From an uncultured Burkholderiales bacterium (lineage in GTDB: Bacteria > Actinomycetota > Acidimicrobiia > IMCC26256 > JACPCJ01): 64,000 nucleotides of DNA. Made by a program: the position numbers and the translations under genes. The stretch spans positions 5,041 through 69,040 of the forward strand of contig CAYTKN010000014.1 of assembly GCA_964438505.1 (NCBI GenBank), given 5' to 3'. The notes under the pieces were generated by a model that did no database searches, had not been told where the DNA came from, and saw only the letters and a list, made by a program, of their open reading frames with translations. Positions 1 through 9,662 of the stretch are shown one piece after another. How positions within the stretch are numbered: position 1 is the first letter of the stretch; the number at the start of each line of letters is the position of its first letter.

Positions 1-1500
1 ACCGACGACGTCCTCACCGCCGGCTACGAGCAGGCCCGCGCCCAGTTCGACGCCCATCACGGGGGCTTCGGCGGAGCCCCGAAGTTCCCCCAGGCGATGA
101 CCCTCGACTTCCTCCTCCGCGCGCACGCCCGCAACGGCTCCGACGAGACCCTGCGGATCGTCACCACCTCGCTCGACGCCATGGCCGCGGGAGGGATCTA
201 CGACCACGTGGGCGGCGGGTTCCACCGCTACTCGGTGGACGCCACCTGGCTCGTGCCGCACTTCGAGAAGATGCTCTACGACCAGGCCCTGCTGGTGCGC
301 GCCTACCTCCACGCCTGGCAGGCCACCGGCGACGAGGCGTACCGCCGCGTGGTCGAGGAGACCGTCGGGTACGTCCTGCGCGACCTCCGCCACGGGGACG
401 GCGGCTTCTTCTCCTCCGAGGACGCCGACTCCGAGGGCGTCGAGGGCAAGTTCTACGTGTGGGAGGTGGACGAGCTCCGCGACGTCTGCGGTGACGACGC
501 CGAGGCCGTCATCTCCCACTTCGGGGCCACGCCGCGGGGCAACTTCGAGGGCGCCAACATCCTCCACGTCGCGAGCCGCGACCTGGCGCGTCCCCCCGAG
601 GTCGAGCGGGCGCTGGGGACGCTCTTCGAGGCCCGCCGCGAACGGGTCCGCCCCGGCCTCGACGACAAGGTCCTGACCGGCTGGAACGCGCTGTTCCTCG
701 ACGCCCTCTCCGAGGCGGGCGTCGTGCTCGGGCGCGACGACTGGCTGGAGGCCGCGCGCCGCAACGCCCGTTTCCTGCTCGACCACCTCCGCCGCGACGA
801 CGGGCGCCTGCTGCGCTCCTGGCAGCCCGACGCCGGCGCCCGCCACCTGGCCTACGCGGAGGACCACGCCGCGCTCCTCGAAGCGCTCGTCACCCTCGCC
901 CAGGCCGACGACGTCTCCTGGCTCGACGAGGCCCGACCCGTCGCCGACGCGCTCCTCGAGCTGTTCCACGACGACGACGCCGGCGGGTTCTTCACCACCG
1001 GCGACGACGGCGAGGCGCTCGTCGCCCGGGTCAAGGAGCTCTTCGACAACGCGACGCCGGCGGAGAACTCGCTGGCGGCCCACGGGCTGCTGCGCCTCGC
1101 GGATCTCACCGGCGACGACCGCTACCGCGAGCCCGCCGTCGGTGTGCTGCGGTTGGTGCGCGACCACCTCGCCCGCCACCCCACCGCCTTCTCGTACCTG
1201 CTCGGGGCGCTCGAGCGTCACCTCACCGTCCCGCTCGAGATCGCCGTCGTCGGCGCCGCCGAGACGCCCGGCACCGGCGAGCTGGCGCGCGAGGCGTGGC
1301 GCCGCCATCTGCCGGCCACCCTGCGGGTCACGGCGGCGCCGGGCGAGGGCGACGGGCGGACCCCGCTGCTCGACGAGCGGGGGACCTCGAACGGTCGCGC
1401 CACCGCCTACGTGTGCGAGCGCTTCACCTGCAAGGAGCCGGTCACCGCTCCCGACGCCCTGGCGTCGCAGATCGACGCGGCGCTCGCGGCGCGGCGCTGA
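1..1500 (+). CDS. Thioredoxin-domain/DUF255 protein (YyaL/SSP411-like, N-acylglucosamine 2-epimerase-type C-terminal region); 5' end lies outside the window
   Basis: The frame of track ORF 97..1500 is open back to nt 1 (..HHGGFGGAPKFPQAM..). The GGFGGAPKFPQ and HFEKMLYDQA motifs are typical of this family. Codons are GC3-rich. Confidence 0.8.
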   Translation, partial: TDDVLTAGYEQARAQFDAHHGGFGGAPKFPQAMTLDFLLRAHARNGSDETLRIVTTSLDAMAAGGIYDHVGGGFHRYSVDATWLVPHFEKMLYDQALLVRAYLHAWQATGDEAYRRVVEETVGYVLRDLRHGDGGFFSSEDADSEGVEGKFYVWEVDELRDVCGDDAEAVISHFGATPRGNFEGANILHVASRDLARPPEVERALGTLFEARRERVRPGLDDKVLTGWNALFLDALSEAGVVLGRDDWLEAARRNARFLLDHLRRDDGRLLRSWQPDAGARHLAYAEDHAALLEALVTLAQADDVSWLDEARPVADALLELFHDDDAGGFFTTGDDGEALVARVKELFDNATPAENSLAAHGLLRLADLTGDDRYREPAVGVLRLVRDHLARHPTAFSYLLGALERHLTVPLEIAVVGAAETPGTGELAREAWRRHLPATLRVTAAPGEGDGRTPLLDERGTSNGRATAYVCERFTCKEPVTAPDALASQIDAALAARR

Positions 1501-1588
1501 ACGACCCGACCGACGCCGAAGCGGGCGGGGCGACGAAGACGCGACGCGCCTGAGTCGGGCGACGCCACTGCCGCAGTGACTCCCGTGC

Positions 1589-2083
1589 TCACCGCACCCG
1601 GGTGAGGCGGACGCAGGTCTCTCCCCGGCTCCCCTCGTCGACGTCGGTCACCCGGTAGCGCGCCTCGTCGCGGGGGACGCCCGCGGTGACGGCCTCGTCG
1701 CCGCCGAAGTCTCCCCGGCACCGCACGAAGGGGATGGCGAGCTCCACGTCGTCGCCGTCGAGGAACACGAGCAGGATGCCGGCCTCGTTCTGGATCCTCG
1801 GGCCCCCGTCGGGCGCCCGGGCCCCGTCCCACTCGGCGCCGATCGCGTCCTCGACGGCCTCGGGATCGGCGAACGCCGGGAAGGCGTGGAAGGTGTCCCA
1901 GTCGCCCGAGACCACCTCGCCGAGGTCCACCACCTCGGGGGCGCCCGGCGCCGCAGCGAGCGAGACGGACTCCGCGATCGCCCGGGCGGCCTCGTTCGAG
2001 GAGACCCCACCGCCGCACGCCACCGCGACGAGGAGCACCGCGGCGCCCAGGACGCCGCGGACGGTGGCGGGGGCGGTGCTCAG
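1589..2083 (-). CDS. Putative secreted lipoprotein (start uncertain)
   Basis: C-terminal part of track ORF 1589..2533. It has a signal-peptide-like RGVLGAAVLLVAVAC lipobox followed by a coding-looking domain. No ATG/GTG/TTG gives a usable signal peptide. A CTG overlaps the upstream stop (CTGA). Confidence 0.55.
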   Translation of the reverse strand: MSTAPATVRGVLGAAVLLVAVACGGGVSSNEAARAIAESVSLAAAPGAPEVVDLGEVVSGDWDTFHAFPAFADPEAVEDAIGAEWDGARAPDGGPRIQNEAGILLVFLDGDDVELAIPFVRCRGDFGGDEAVTAGVPRDEARYRVTDVDEGSRGETCVRLTRVR

Positions 2084-2751
2084 TCCTCCAGCCGTGCGGC
2101 GAGGTCCTCGGCGAAGGCCCAACCGAACGCGACCAGCGCCTCCCCGGCGTCGCGGTCGACCGAGTCGAAGAGGCCGCGAGCGATCTTCGGGGTCTTGCCG
2201 TTGATGGGGGTCACGTCGACCACGGGCTCCCGAACCTCCGCGGTGACGTGGAAGCGGTGGTCGTCGTAGCGCTCGCCGCAGCCGAAGCGCCTCGCCAGAC
2301 GGCGCCCCCACGCGCGCTCCTCGCCGGTGGGCTTGTGGTCGGGCCGCGGGACCCGCCCCTCGAGGCCGTCGAGGAGCCCGTAGCCGGAAGGCTGCGAGAA
2401 GCGGCCCCCGACGAGGACGTCCTCGTCGGGGAAGGTGATGGCGGCCCGCCGCAAGAGCTCCTCGGCCATGGAGGCCAGCGCCTTCTTCCCGGGGCGGTTC
2501 GCCTTCACCGAGCCGAGACCCCAGATGATGCACGGCGTGCCGCCGATGCGCTCGAGCGACGCGAACAGGAAGCCCTCGGGCGGCGCGTCCTCGTCGTCGC
2601 GTGCGGTGACCACGATCGGGTACGCCTCGACCTGGCGGTCGATCTCCGCGTCCTCGATGCCGGGGTCGTTGGCCATCACGATCTGCCCGAGCTCGTCGAG
2701 CTCGGGAGGCTTCAGGATGTCGGAGTCACGCGAGTCGATCCTCATGGTCAT
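2080..2751 (-). CDS. Conserved-looking hypothetical protein
   Basis: 223-aa ORF with balanced composition and GC3-rich codons, tightly packed with the downstream lipoprotein gene. I did not recognise a family motif. Confidence 0.6.
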   Translation of the reverse strand: MTMRIDSRDSDILKPPELDELGQIVMANDPGIEDAEIDRQVEAYPIVVTARDDEDAPPEGFLFASLERIGGTPCIIWGLGSVKANRPGKKALASMAEELLRRAAITFPDEDVLVGGRFSQPSGYGLLDGLEGRVPRPDHKPTGEERAWGRRLARRFGCGERYDDHRFHVTAEVREPVVDVTPINGKTPKIARGLFDSVDRDAGEALVAFGWAFAEDLAARLED

Positions 2752-2790
2752 GAGATTGTGGCCGATCTCGGCCCGCGATGAAAAATGCGG

Positions 2791-3585
2791 TCAGGACAAG
2801 GCGGCCTCCAGGCGCTCGACCGACGCCCTCACGAGCTCGGGCGCCTCCTCGAGGGGGCCGCCCAGGCTGGTGAAGACGAAGAGGTCGATGGCCGGGCCGA
2901 CCCGCACCGCGTCGAGGTCGGCCACCAGCACGATCTCGAGGCCGGCCGACTCGGAGGAGACCCGGATCGTCGCCTGCACGCCGGCGACGTCGTCGCCGAG
3001 CTCCACGGGATCCTCGGCCGCCGCGTCGGTGACCGACACCTCGGCGTCGGGCGGGAGGTCCCCGCCGCTCTCCTCGACCACGAGGGGGAAGACGGCGGCG
3101 ACGCAGTCGGCGAGCGCGTCGGCTCCCCCGAGCCTCTCGAACGCTTCGGCAGCGGCGCGCTCGCCGTCGAAGAGCCGGATCTCGTTGGAGGCCTGGTCGG
3201 CGGGCTCGCGGGTGAAGTCGTCCGAGTCGAGCACCAACTCGGCCTCGTCCTCGAGCTCCTCGAAGGCGGTGAAGCCCTCGCACTGCGGGAGCTCCCCGGC
3301 CACCTCCTCGAAGTCGTCGGTCTCCTCGGAGGGCGGCGTGGAGGACCACCCCTCCTCGGCGGGCAGGTCCGCCTCGTCGAGCAGCCCCGCCTCGACGGCG
3401 GAGGCCTCGCCGCCGTCGCCGCCGTCGTCCCCGGAGTCGGCGGAGTCGCCGGAGTCGTCGGCGTCCGCATCCACCTCGGTGGTCTCCGCTGCCTCGCCGG
3501 AGTCGCCCGTGTCGCCGGAATCTCCGGAGTCGCAGGCTGCCAGGGCGAGGAGGCTGACGGCGAGCAACACGAGGAGACGGCGCAT
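2791..3585 (-). CDS. Acidic secreted lipoprotein
   Basis: N-terminus MRRLLVLLAVSLLALAAC (signal peptide plus lipobox), followed by an Asp/Gly/Ser/Glu-rich linker and a globular C-terminal part. Confidence 0.7.
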   Translation of the reverse strand: MRRLLVLLAVSLLALAACDSGDSGDTGDSGEAAETTEVDADADDSGDSADSGDDGGDGGEASAVEAGLLDEADLPAEEGWSSTPPSEETDDFEEVAGELPQCEGFTAFEELEDEAELVLDSDDFTREPADQASNEIRLFDGERAAAEAFERLGGADALADCVAAVFPLVVEESGGDLPPDAEVSVTDAAAEDPVELGDDVAGVQATIRVSSESAGLEIVLVADLDAVRVGPAIDLFVFTSLGGPLEEAPELVRASVERLEAALS

Positions 3586-3626
3586 CGGGCACTCCCGGAA
3601 GGGTCGGTCGGATCCGGCTGCGGAGG

Positions 3627-6600
3627 CTAACCGATGCAGTCGGGACCGAGGAGCACCCGCGCCTCCGCGTAGAGCCCGTTGCGGGGATCCACCGAGTAGT
3701 CATCGCCGAGGCGCAGCCGGGTGGTGTGCCCGTTGTTCTGGAGGTTGACGACCACCGGCGCGTCGCCCGGGTGGCGGACGAGCAGGTCCTTGAGCTCGTC
3801 GATGTTGCTCCCGGTGACCCAACCGACGGGCACCCGCAGCTCGACGGGCCGGACCTCGTCGTCGTGGCTGACCTCGGGCCGCTTGACCTCCATGGCGATG
3901 AGCTTGGGCTCGTCGTCGCGGAGGTCGAGGCGGGCCTTGACCGCGACGATGGCGTCCTCCTCGAGGAGCGACCCGTACTCCTGCATGGCGCGGGGGAACA
4001 CCATCACCTCGGTGGCCGCCTCCAGGTCCTCGAGGACGAAGGTGGCCATGAGGTCGCCCTTCTTCGTGTACCGCCGCTTGAGGGAGGTGACCACGCCGCC
4101 CACGACGCGCATGGCGCCGTCGTCGAGCTCGCGCAGCTCGTTGAGGGTGGCGTCGGTGTGGCGGGAGAGCGACCGCTGCGCCCCCATCAGGGGATGGTCG
4201 CTCACGTAGAGGCCGAGCATCTCCTTCTCGAACGCGAGCCGCTCGCGCTTCTCGAAGTGCTCGTCGGGGATCTCGACGCGCTCGTCGAACCCGCTCGGCT
4301 CGTCGCCCTCGGCGGGCGCGCCCTCGTCGAAGAGGCTCATGACCCCCGCGTCGCGCTCGCGGCGGCGCCGCAGCGTCGTCTCGACGATGTCCTCGTGGAC
4401 CCACACGAGACCCTTGCGGGGGTGGCCGAGGCTGTCGAACGCCCCCGCCTTGATCAGCGACTCGACCGCCCGCTTGTTGAGCACCATGGGGTCGACTCGC
4501 TCGCAGAAGTCGTAGAAGTCGGCGAAGGGGCCGTTGGCCTCCCGCTCCTCGACGATGAGGGCCACGAGGCCCTCGCCGACGTTGCGCACCGCGGAGAGGC
4601 CGAAGGTGATGAGCTTGCGCCCGTCGCGCTCGACCACGGCGAAGTCGCTCTCCGACACGTTGACGTCGGGCACGACCACGTCGATGTCGTGGCTCCGGCA
4701 GTCGTTGAGGTAGACGGCCGTCTTGTCCTTGTCGCCCTTGACCGACGTGAGGAGGGCGGCCAGGTACTCGACCCGGTGGTTCGCCTTGAGCCAGGCGGTC
4801 TGGTAGGCGACGAACCCGTACCCGAACGAGTGCGACTTGTTGAAGGAGTAGTCGGCGAACGGCTCGATGAGGTCGAACATCTCCTCGCCGAACGCGCGCC
4901 CGTAGCCGTTGCGCTCGCAGCCGTCGACGAAGCGCTCGCGGTGCTCGGCGATGAGCTCGCGGATCTTCTTGCCCGTGGCCTTGCGGAGGTTGTCGGCCTC
5001 CTCCAGGGAGTAGCCGGCGAGGCGCTGGGCCACCCGCATGAGCTGCTCCTGGTAGATCATCAGCCCGTAGGTGGGAGCGAGGACCTCTTCGAGGTCGTCG
5101 TGGTAGTAGGTGACGGGCTGACGGCCGTTCTTGCGGTCCGCGTAGTCGGTGTGCATGTCGGCCGCCATCGGCCCGGGCCGGTACAGGGCGACGAGCGCGC
5201 ACACGTCCTCGAAGCTGGTGGGGGCGAGGGCCCGCATCAGGGCCCGCATCGGCCCGCCCTCGAGCTGGAACACGCCGATGGAGTCGGCGCGACGCAGCAT
5301 CTCGAAGGTCGCCTCGTCGTCGAGCGGGATGCTGTCGATGTCGGGGCGCTCGCCGCTCGTCTGCTCCACCAGGTCGAGGGCCCGCTCGATCACCGAGAGG
5401 TTGCGCAGGCCGAGGAAGTCCATCTTGAGCAGACCGAGCTCCTCGACCCCGTGCATCTCGTACTGGGTGACGATCGGGGCGTCCTCGAGGTCGCCGCCGG
5501 GCTCGGGCTTGCGCTGCACCGGCAGGTACTCGGTGAGCGGGTCGCGGGTGATGACCACCGCGGCGGCGTGGATCCCGTCCTGGCGCCGCATCCCCTCGAG
5601 GCCCTTGGCGACGTCGATGACCCGCTTGGCGTCGGGGTCCTGGTCGTACATCTCGCGCAGGTCGGCCGCCATCTTGTAGCCGTCCTCGTGCTTGGGCTGC
5701 GGTTCGAGGCAGGCGTGCAGCGGCGTGTCACGGCCCATGATCAGCGGCGGCATCGCCTTGGCGATCTTGTCGCCCACCATGTACGGGTAGCCGAGGACCC
5801 GCGCCGCGTCGCGCACGGCGGCGCGGGCCTTGATGGTGGAGAAGGTGACGATCTGGGCGACGTGGTCGTCGCCGTAGCGCTCGGCCGCGTACCTGATCAT
5901 CTCGGCGCGGTGGCGCTCGTCGAAGTCCATGTCGATGTCGGGCATCTGGCGGCGCCCGGGGTTCAGGAACCGCTCGAAGAGGAGGTCGTAGCGGATCGGG
6001 TCGATCTCGGTGATCCCGAGGCAGAAGGCGGTGCAGCAACCCGCCGCGCTGCCCCGGCCGGGCCCGACCCGGATGCCCCGCTCCCTCGCGTAGCGGATGA
6101 GGTCCCACACGATGAGGAAGTAGCCGGAGAACCCCATGTCCGAGATGACCCCGAGCTCGTAGTCGAGGCGATCGGTCACCGGGCTCGGCAGCGGCTCGCC
6201 GTAGCGGCGCCGCGCCCCGTCGAGGACGAGCCGGCGCAGGTAGGAGTCCTCGTCGTGGCCCTCGGGCACCGGGAACCTCGGGAGGACCGGGTTGCCGAAC
6301 TCGATCTCGACGTTTGCCCGCTCGGCGACCAGGAGGGTGTTGTCGCACGCGTCGGGGTGGTCGCGGAAGAGCTCCCGCATCTCGGCGGCGCTCTTGAGGA
6401 AGAACTGGTCGCTCTGGAACTTGAAGCGCTTGGGGTCGTCGCGGGTGGAGCCGGTCTGCACGCACAGCAGCGCGTCGTGGGCGTCGAAGTCGTCCCGGTG
6501 CACGTAGTGGAGGTCGTTGGTGGCCAGCAGCGGCGCGTCGATCCGTCGCGCCAGGTCGACGAGCTGCGGGTTGACGGCGTTCTGGTCGGCGATGCCGTGG

Positions 6601-7136
6601 TCCTGGAGCTCGACGAAGAAGTTGTCCTTACCGAAGATCTCCTGGAACCGCCCGGCGGCCTCCCGGGCGGCCCTCGGGTCTCCCCGCAGCAGCTCCTGGC
6701 AGACCAGGCCACCCAGGCACCCCGAGGTGCCGATCAGCCCCTCGTGGTGGGCCTCGAGCAGCTCCCAGTCGATGCGCGGCTTGTAGTGGAACCCCTCGAG
6801 GTAGGCGTGGGAGTTGATCTGGATGAGGTTGCGGTACCCCTGGTCGCTCTCGGCGAGGAGCAACAGGTGGTAGCGCTTGGACTCCTCGTCGCGCGCCCGC
6901 CGCTCGGTCCGGGGCCAGGTGACGAAGTACCCCTCCATCCCGATGATCGGGTTGATCCCGGCGTCCCTGGCGGCCCGGTAGAAGTCGAGGACGCCGTACA
7001 TGTTCCCGTGGTCGGTGATGCCGATCGCGGGTTGCCCGTCGGCGGCCGCCCGCGCGACCACGTCGTCGATCCGCGCCGCCCCGTCGAGCATGCTGTACTC
7101 GGTGTGCACGTGCAGGTGCGCGAACGAGTCGGCCAT
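3627..7136 (-). CDS. dnaE: DNA polymerase III alpha subunit
   Basis: 1169 aa. PHP domain start HLHVHTEYSMLDGA, polymerase core, HhH and OB regions are recognisable along the full length. Confidence 0.97.
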   Translation of the reverse strand: MADSFAHLHVHTEYSMLDGAARIDDVVARAAADGQPAIGITDHGNMYGVLDFYRAARDAGINPIIGMEGYFVTWPRTERRARDEESKRYHLLLLAESDQGYRNLIQINSHAYLEGFHYKPRIDWELLEAHHEGLIGTSGCLGGLVCQELLRGDPRAAREAAGRFQEIFGKDNFFVELQDHGIADQNAVNPQLVDLARRIDAPLLATNDLHYVHRDDFDAHDALLCVQTGSTRDDPKRFKFQSDQFFLKSAAEMRELFRDHPDACDNTLLVAERANVEIEFGNPVLPRFPVPEGHDEDSYLRRLVLDGARRRYGEPLPSPVTDRLDYELGVISDMGFSGYFLIVWDLIRYARERGIRVGPGRGSAAGCCTAFCLGITEIDPIRYDLLFERFLNPGRRQMPDIDMDFDERHRAEMIRYAAERYGDDHVAQIVTFSTIKARAAVRDAARVLGYPYMVGDKIAKAMPPLIMGRDTPLHACLEPQPKHEDGYKMAADLREMYDQDPDAKRVIDVAKGLEGMRRQDGIHAAAVVITRDPLTEYLPVQRKPEPGGDLEDAPIVTQYEMHGVEELGLLKMDFLGLRNLSVIERALDLVEQTSGERPDIDSIPLDDEATFEMLRRADSIGVFQLEGGPMRALMRALAPTSFEDVCALVALYRPGPMAADMHTDYADRKNGRQPVTYYHDDLEEVLAPTYGLMIYQEQLMRVAQRLAGYSLEEADNLRKATGKKIRELIAEHRERFVDGCERNGYGRAFGEEMFDLIEPFADYSFNKSHSFGYGFVAYQTAWLKANHRVEYLAALLTSVKGDKDKTAVYLNDCRSHDIDVVVPDVNVSESDFAVVERDGRKLITFGLSAVRNVGEGLVALIVEEREANGPFADFYDFCERVDPMVLNKRAVESLIKAGAFDSLGHPRKGLVWVHEDIVETTLRRRRERDAGVMSLFDEGAPAEGDEPSGFDERVEIPDEHFEKRERLAFEKEMLGLYVSDHPLMGAQRSLSRHTDATLNELRELDDGAMRVVGGVVTSLKRRYTKKGDLMATFVLEDLEAATEVMVFPRAMQEYGSLLEEDAIVAVKARLDLRDDEPKLIAMEVKRPEVSHDDEVRPVELRVPVGWVTGSNIDELKDLLVRHPGDAPVVVNLQNNGHTTRLRLGDDYSVDPRNGLYAEARVLLGPDCIG

Positions 7137-7167
7137 GGCCCCCGGAACTACCCCTTTCGTCAGGGGC

Positions 7168-7208
7168 CTTCCACAGGCCTGTGGAAGCCGTGTGGAGGAC
7201 CCTGTGGA
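7168..7208. promoter_or_regulatory. 20-bp perfect palindrome plus three phased TGTGGA direct repeats in the dnaE/NUDIX divergent intergenic region
   Basis: CTTCCACAGGCCTGTGGAAG at 7168-7187. TGTGGA occurs at 7180, 7191 and 7203 (11-12 bp spacing). Confidence 0.5.
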
Positions 7209-7870
7209 TGAATGACAAGGATGTAACTCCGACCATATTCCCGGGGACCCGAGCCGTCAACGAAAGCTCCCCGGAGACGTCCAGATCCTGTGTGTGGGGT
7301 CTAGCCTTCGGCGTCGTGACGACTCCCGTGTCCCACTGCTCCGCCTGCGGCGCGGCGCTCCCCGCTCCACCACCCGTCACCTGCACGGCCTGCGGCACCC
7401 CGCACTGGCAGAACGCCAAGCCGTGCGCCGGCACCCTCACCACCCACGAGGGCAGACTCCTCCTGGTGCGGCGCGACGACGAGCCGTGGCTCGACCGCTG
7501 GGACATCCCCGGCGGGTTCTGCGAGCACGACGAGCACCCCCTCCTCGCCGCGGAGCGCGAGACCGCGGAGGAGACGGGGCTCGACGTCGAGGTCACGGGG
7601 TTCCTCGGCATCTGGCTCGACGACTACCCGGACCCCACCCACGGTGCCGACGCGGTCACGCTCAACGCCTACTACCACGCCGTCGTCGTCGGCGGCGAGG
7701 AGCGCCCCGAGCCCGGCGAGGTCCGCGAGCTGGGCTGGTTCGAGGCCGGCGAGCTGCCCGAGGAGGTCGCCTTCCCCCACCACGCCCGACCCGTCCTCGA
7801 CGCGTGGCGCGAGCAGTGGCGGTCCGGGCGCACCACCACGCCACTCCCCGATCACCCGACCAGGCCCTGA
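7208..7870 (+). CDS. NUDIX hydrolase with N-terminal zinc-ribbon-like CxxC..CxxC segment (start uncertain: 7181, 7208, 7292 or 7316)
   Basis: Canonical Nudix box GGFCEHDEHPLLAAERETAEETGL, preceded by HCSACG..CTACG. Confidence 0.75.
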   Translation: MNDKDVTPTIFPGTRAVNESSPETSRSCVWGLAFGVVTTPVSHCSACGAALPAPPPVTCTACGTPHWQNAKPCAGTLTTHEGRLLLVRRDDEPWLDRWDIPGGFCEHDEHPLLAAERETAEETGLDVEVTGFLGIWLDDYPDPTHGADAVTLNAYYHAVVVGGEERPEPGEVRELGWFEAGELPEEVAFPHHARPVLDAWREQWRSGRTTTPLPDHPTRP

Positions 7871-7930
7871 ACAGGCCCCGGCAGGGCCCGGCAGCCGGCA
7901 GGCACTGCCAGGGCCTGACCGGACCGCCGG

Positions 7931-9034
7931 TCAGGAGCGCCGGCCCCGCCCGCGCCCGGCGAGCAGCGGCACGTACATCTCGTCCGGCGTCAGGCTCCCG
8001 TGGCCGGCGAGCATCTCGGTCTCGTAGCCGTGGGTCGGGTCCTCGAACGCCACCGGCTCGCGGGCGGCGAGCACCACGTCGCCCAGCCGGCGCCGCACCC
8101 GCGACGACGGCGGGGTCGGTCCCAGCCAGCCCTCGTCGCAGAGCTGTGCCCGGCTGAAGACCCACGCCACGTCGTCGAACTCCTCCCGGGCCGCCGCGAG
8201 GAGCTCGTCGGAAGCGCCCGACACGGCGTGCAGGGACCGGAAGCGGCCGTCGCCGCTGTACTCCTCGACCATTCCGGAGAGCACGTCCAGCGAGGTCCAG
8301 CCCTCGTGGCCGAAGTGCACCTGCCCGTGGTCGGAGGTCACCACGAGCGCCGTGTCGCCGGGCAGCTCGTGCAGGAGCTGGGTCACGATCCGGTCCGTGG
8401 CGACGAGCTCGGTCTCGAAGTACCGGTCGACGATCCCCTGGGTGTGGGCGACCTGGTCGACCCCGTCGTAGTACGCGTACACGAACGGCTCCCCCGCTTC
8501 GACCAGGACCCGGCAGTGCTCCACCAGGGTCGAGGCCGTCTTCCAGCCGTGGACGCCGAGGCCCCGCATGTGGGCTCCGGTGAAGCCGCCGTGGCTGAAC
8601 TCGCGCCGGGTCACCACCGGCACGGAGCGACCACCGAACGCCTGGTGCGGTTGCACGTCGACCGGCTCGGGCGACGGCGCACGCCGGTCGACCCGCCACT
8701 GCAACACGTTGAGGATCCCGGTGTCGATCCTCATCCGGTACCCGACGATGCCGTGCTGGGCGGGCGCGAGGCCGGTGGTGATCGACGTGAGCGCCGCGGC
8801 GGTCGTCGAGGGCGCCACGGTCGTGATCGCCTGCCCCGACATCATCGAGACCATCGGCATCTGGTCGCGGTGCGATTCGATCGCGCTCCAGCCCAGACCG
8901 TCGAGCACCAACAGCACGACCGCGCGAGCGCCGCGGACCTCCTCGGGGAGCCACGGCGTGTCGGCCCGACGCTCGAGCGCGCGCACGACCTCCGCGATCG
9001 AGGCGCCTCCGTAGTCCGGTCGGATCGGATCCAC
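7931..9034 (-). CDS. Alkaline phosphatase superfamily protein (nucleotide pyrophosphatase/phosphodiesterase-like)
   Basis: VVLLVLDGLGW..TTVAPSTTAAALTSITTGLAPAQHG metal-ligand/nucleophile region and TSDHGQ motif. Confidence 0.8.
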   Translation of the reverse strand: MDPIRPDYGGASIAEVVRALERRADTPWLPEEVRGARAVVLLVLDGLGWSAIESHRDQMPMVSMMSGQAITTVAPSTTAAALTSITTGLAPAQHGIVGYRMRIDTGILNVLQWRVDRRAPSPEPVDVQPHQAFGGRSVPVVTRREFSHGGFTGAHMRGLGVHGWKTASTLVEHCRVLVEAGEPFVYAYYDGVDQVAHTQGIVDRYFETELVATDRIVTQLLHELPGDTALVVTSDHGQVHFGHEGWTSLDVLSGMVEEYSGDGRFRSLHAVSGASDELLAAAREEFDDVAWVFSRAQLCDEGWLGPTPPSSRVRRRLGDVVLAAREPVAFEDPTHGYETEMLAGHGSLTPDEMYVPLLAGRGRGRRS

Positions 9035-9197
9035 GATTCGAGGCTACTGCCCACGGGGTGTGCTCCCCGCGCCACCCCCGACGCCCCACTCCCCGACCCC
9101 CCGGAGGGAAACAGCGACGAGTCGGAGACCGGGTGTCGAGCCCGGAATCGGCGCCGAGTTCGGGACCACCCCCTCCTGCGCGTGCGAACATGGAGGC

Positions 9198-9662
9198 GTG
9201 AAGGTATCGACGCGGGGTGACTACGCGACCCGGGCGCTGCTCTCGATGGTGCTCCACGACGAGGAGACCCGGTCCCCGACGTCGGTGAAGGAGATCGCCG
9301 AGCGCACGGGCCTGCCCCAGCCCTACCTCGAGCAGATCCTCCTCGCGGTCAAGGGTGCCGGCCTGGTGAAGTCGAAGCGCGGCGTCGGCGGCGGGTACGT
9401 GCTCGCCCGCCCACCCGAGGAGATCACCCTCGCCGACGTCATCGTCGCCGTGGACGGCCCCATCGCCACACGGCTCGACTCCTACGACCACCACGAGGGC
9501 CATTGCGTCGTCCAGGACGTGTGGGTGGAGGTGTCGGAGAAGATGCGCGCCCTCCTCGACGGCATCACCCTCGCCGAGCTCGCCCGCAAGACCAGCCTGG
9601 GCGTCCACCCCCACCAGACCGCCTCAGACGACGGGAGTGACGGGGGCGCCGACCCGGCCTAG
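9198..9662 (+). CDS. Rrf2 family transcriptional regulator
   Basis: In-frame GTG start giving VKVSTRGDYATRALL...GLPQPYLEQILLAVKGAGLVKSKRGVGGGYVLA (Rrf2 wHTH signature). The upstream part of track ORF 9060..9662 is Pro/Arg-rich noise. Confidence 0.85.
   Translation: MKVSTRGDYATRALLSMVLHDEETRSPTSVKEIAERTGLPQPYLEQILLAVKGAGLVKSKRGVGGGYVLARPPEEITLADVIVAVDGPIATRLDSYDHHEGHCVVQDVWVEVSEKMRALLDGITLAELARKTSLGVHPHQTASDDGSDGGADPA

Noticed and set aside
3726-7211. 1161-aa plus-strand ORF antisense to dnaE, plus many other long Arg/Gly/Pro/Val-rich ORFs in the track.
   Set aside because: It mirrors the codon bias of a genuine gene on the opposite strand. The composition is non-protein-like and there are no motifs. 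dnaE on the minus strand is unambiguous. Stop-poor antisense frames are expected at this GC content.
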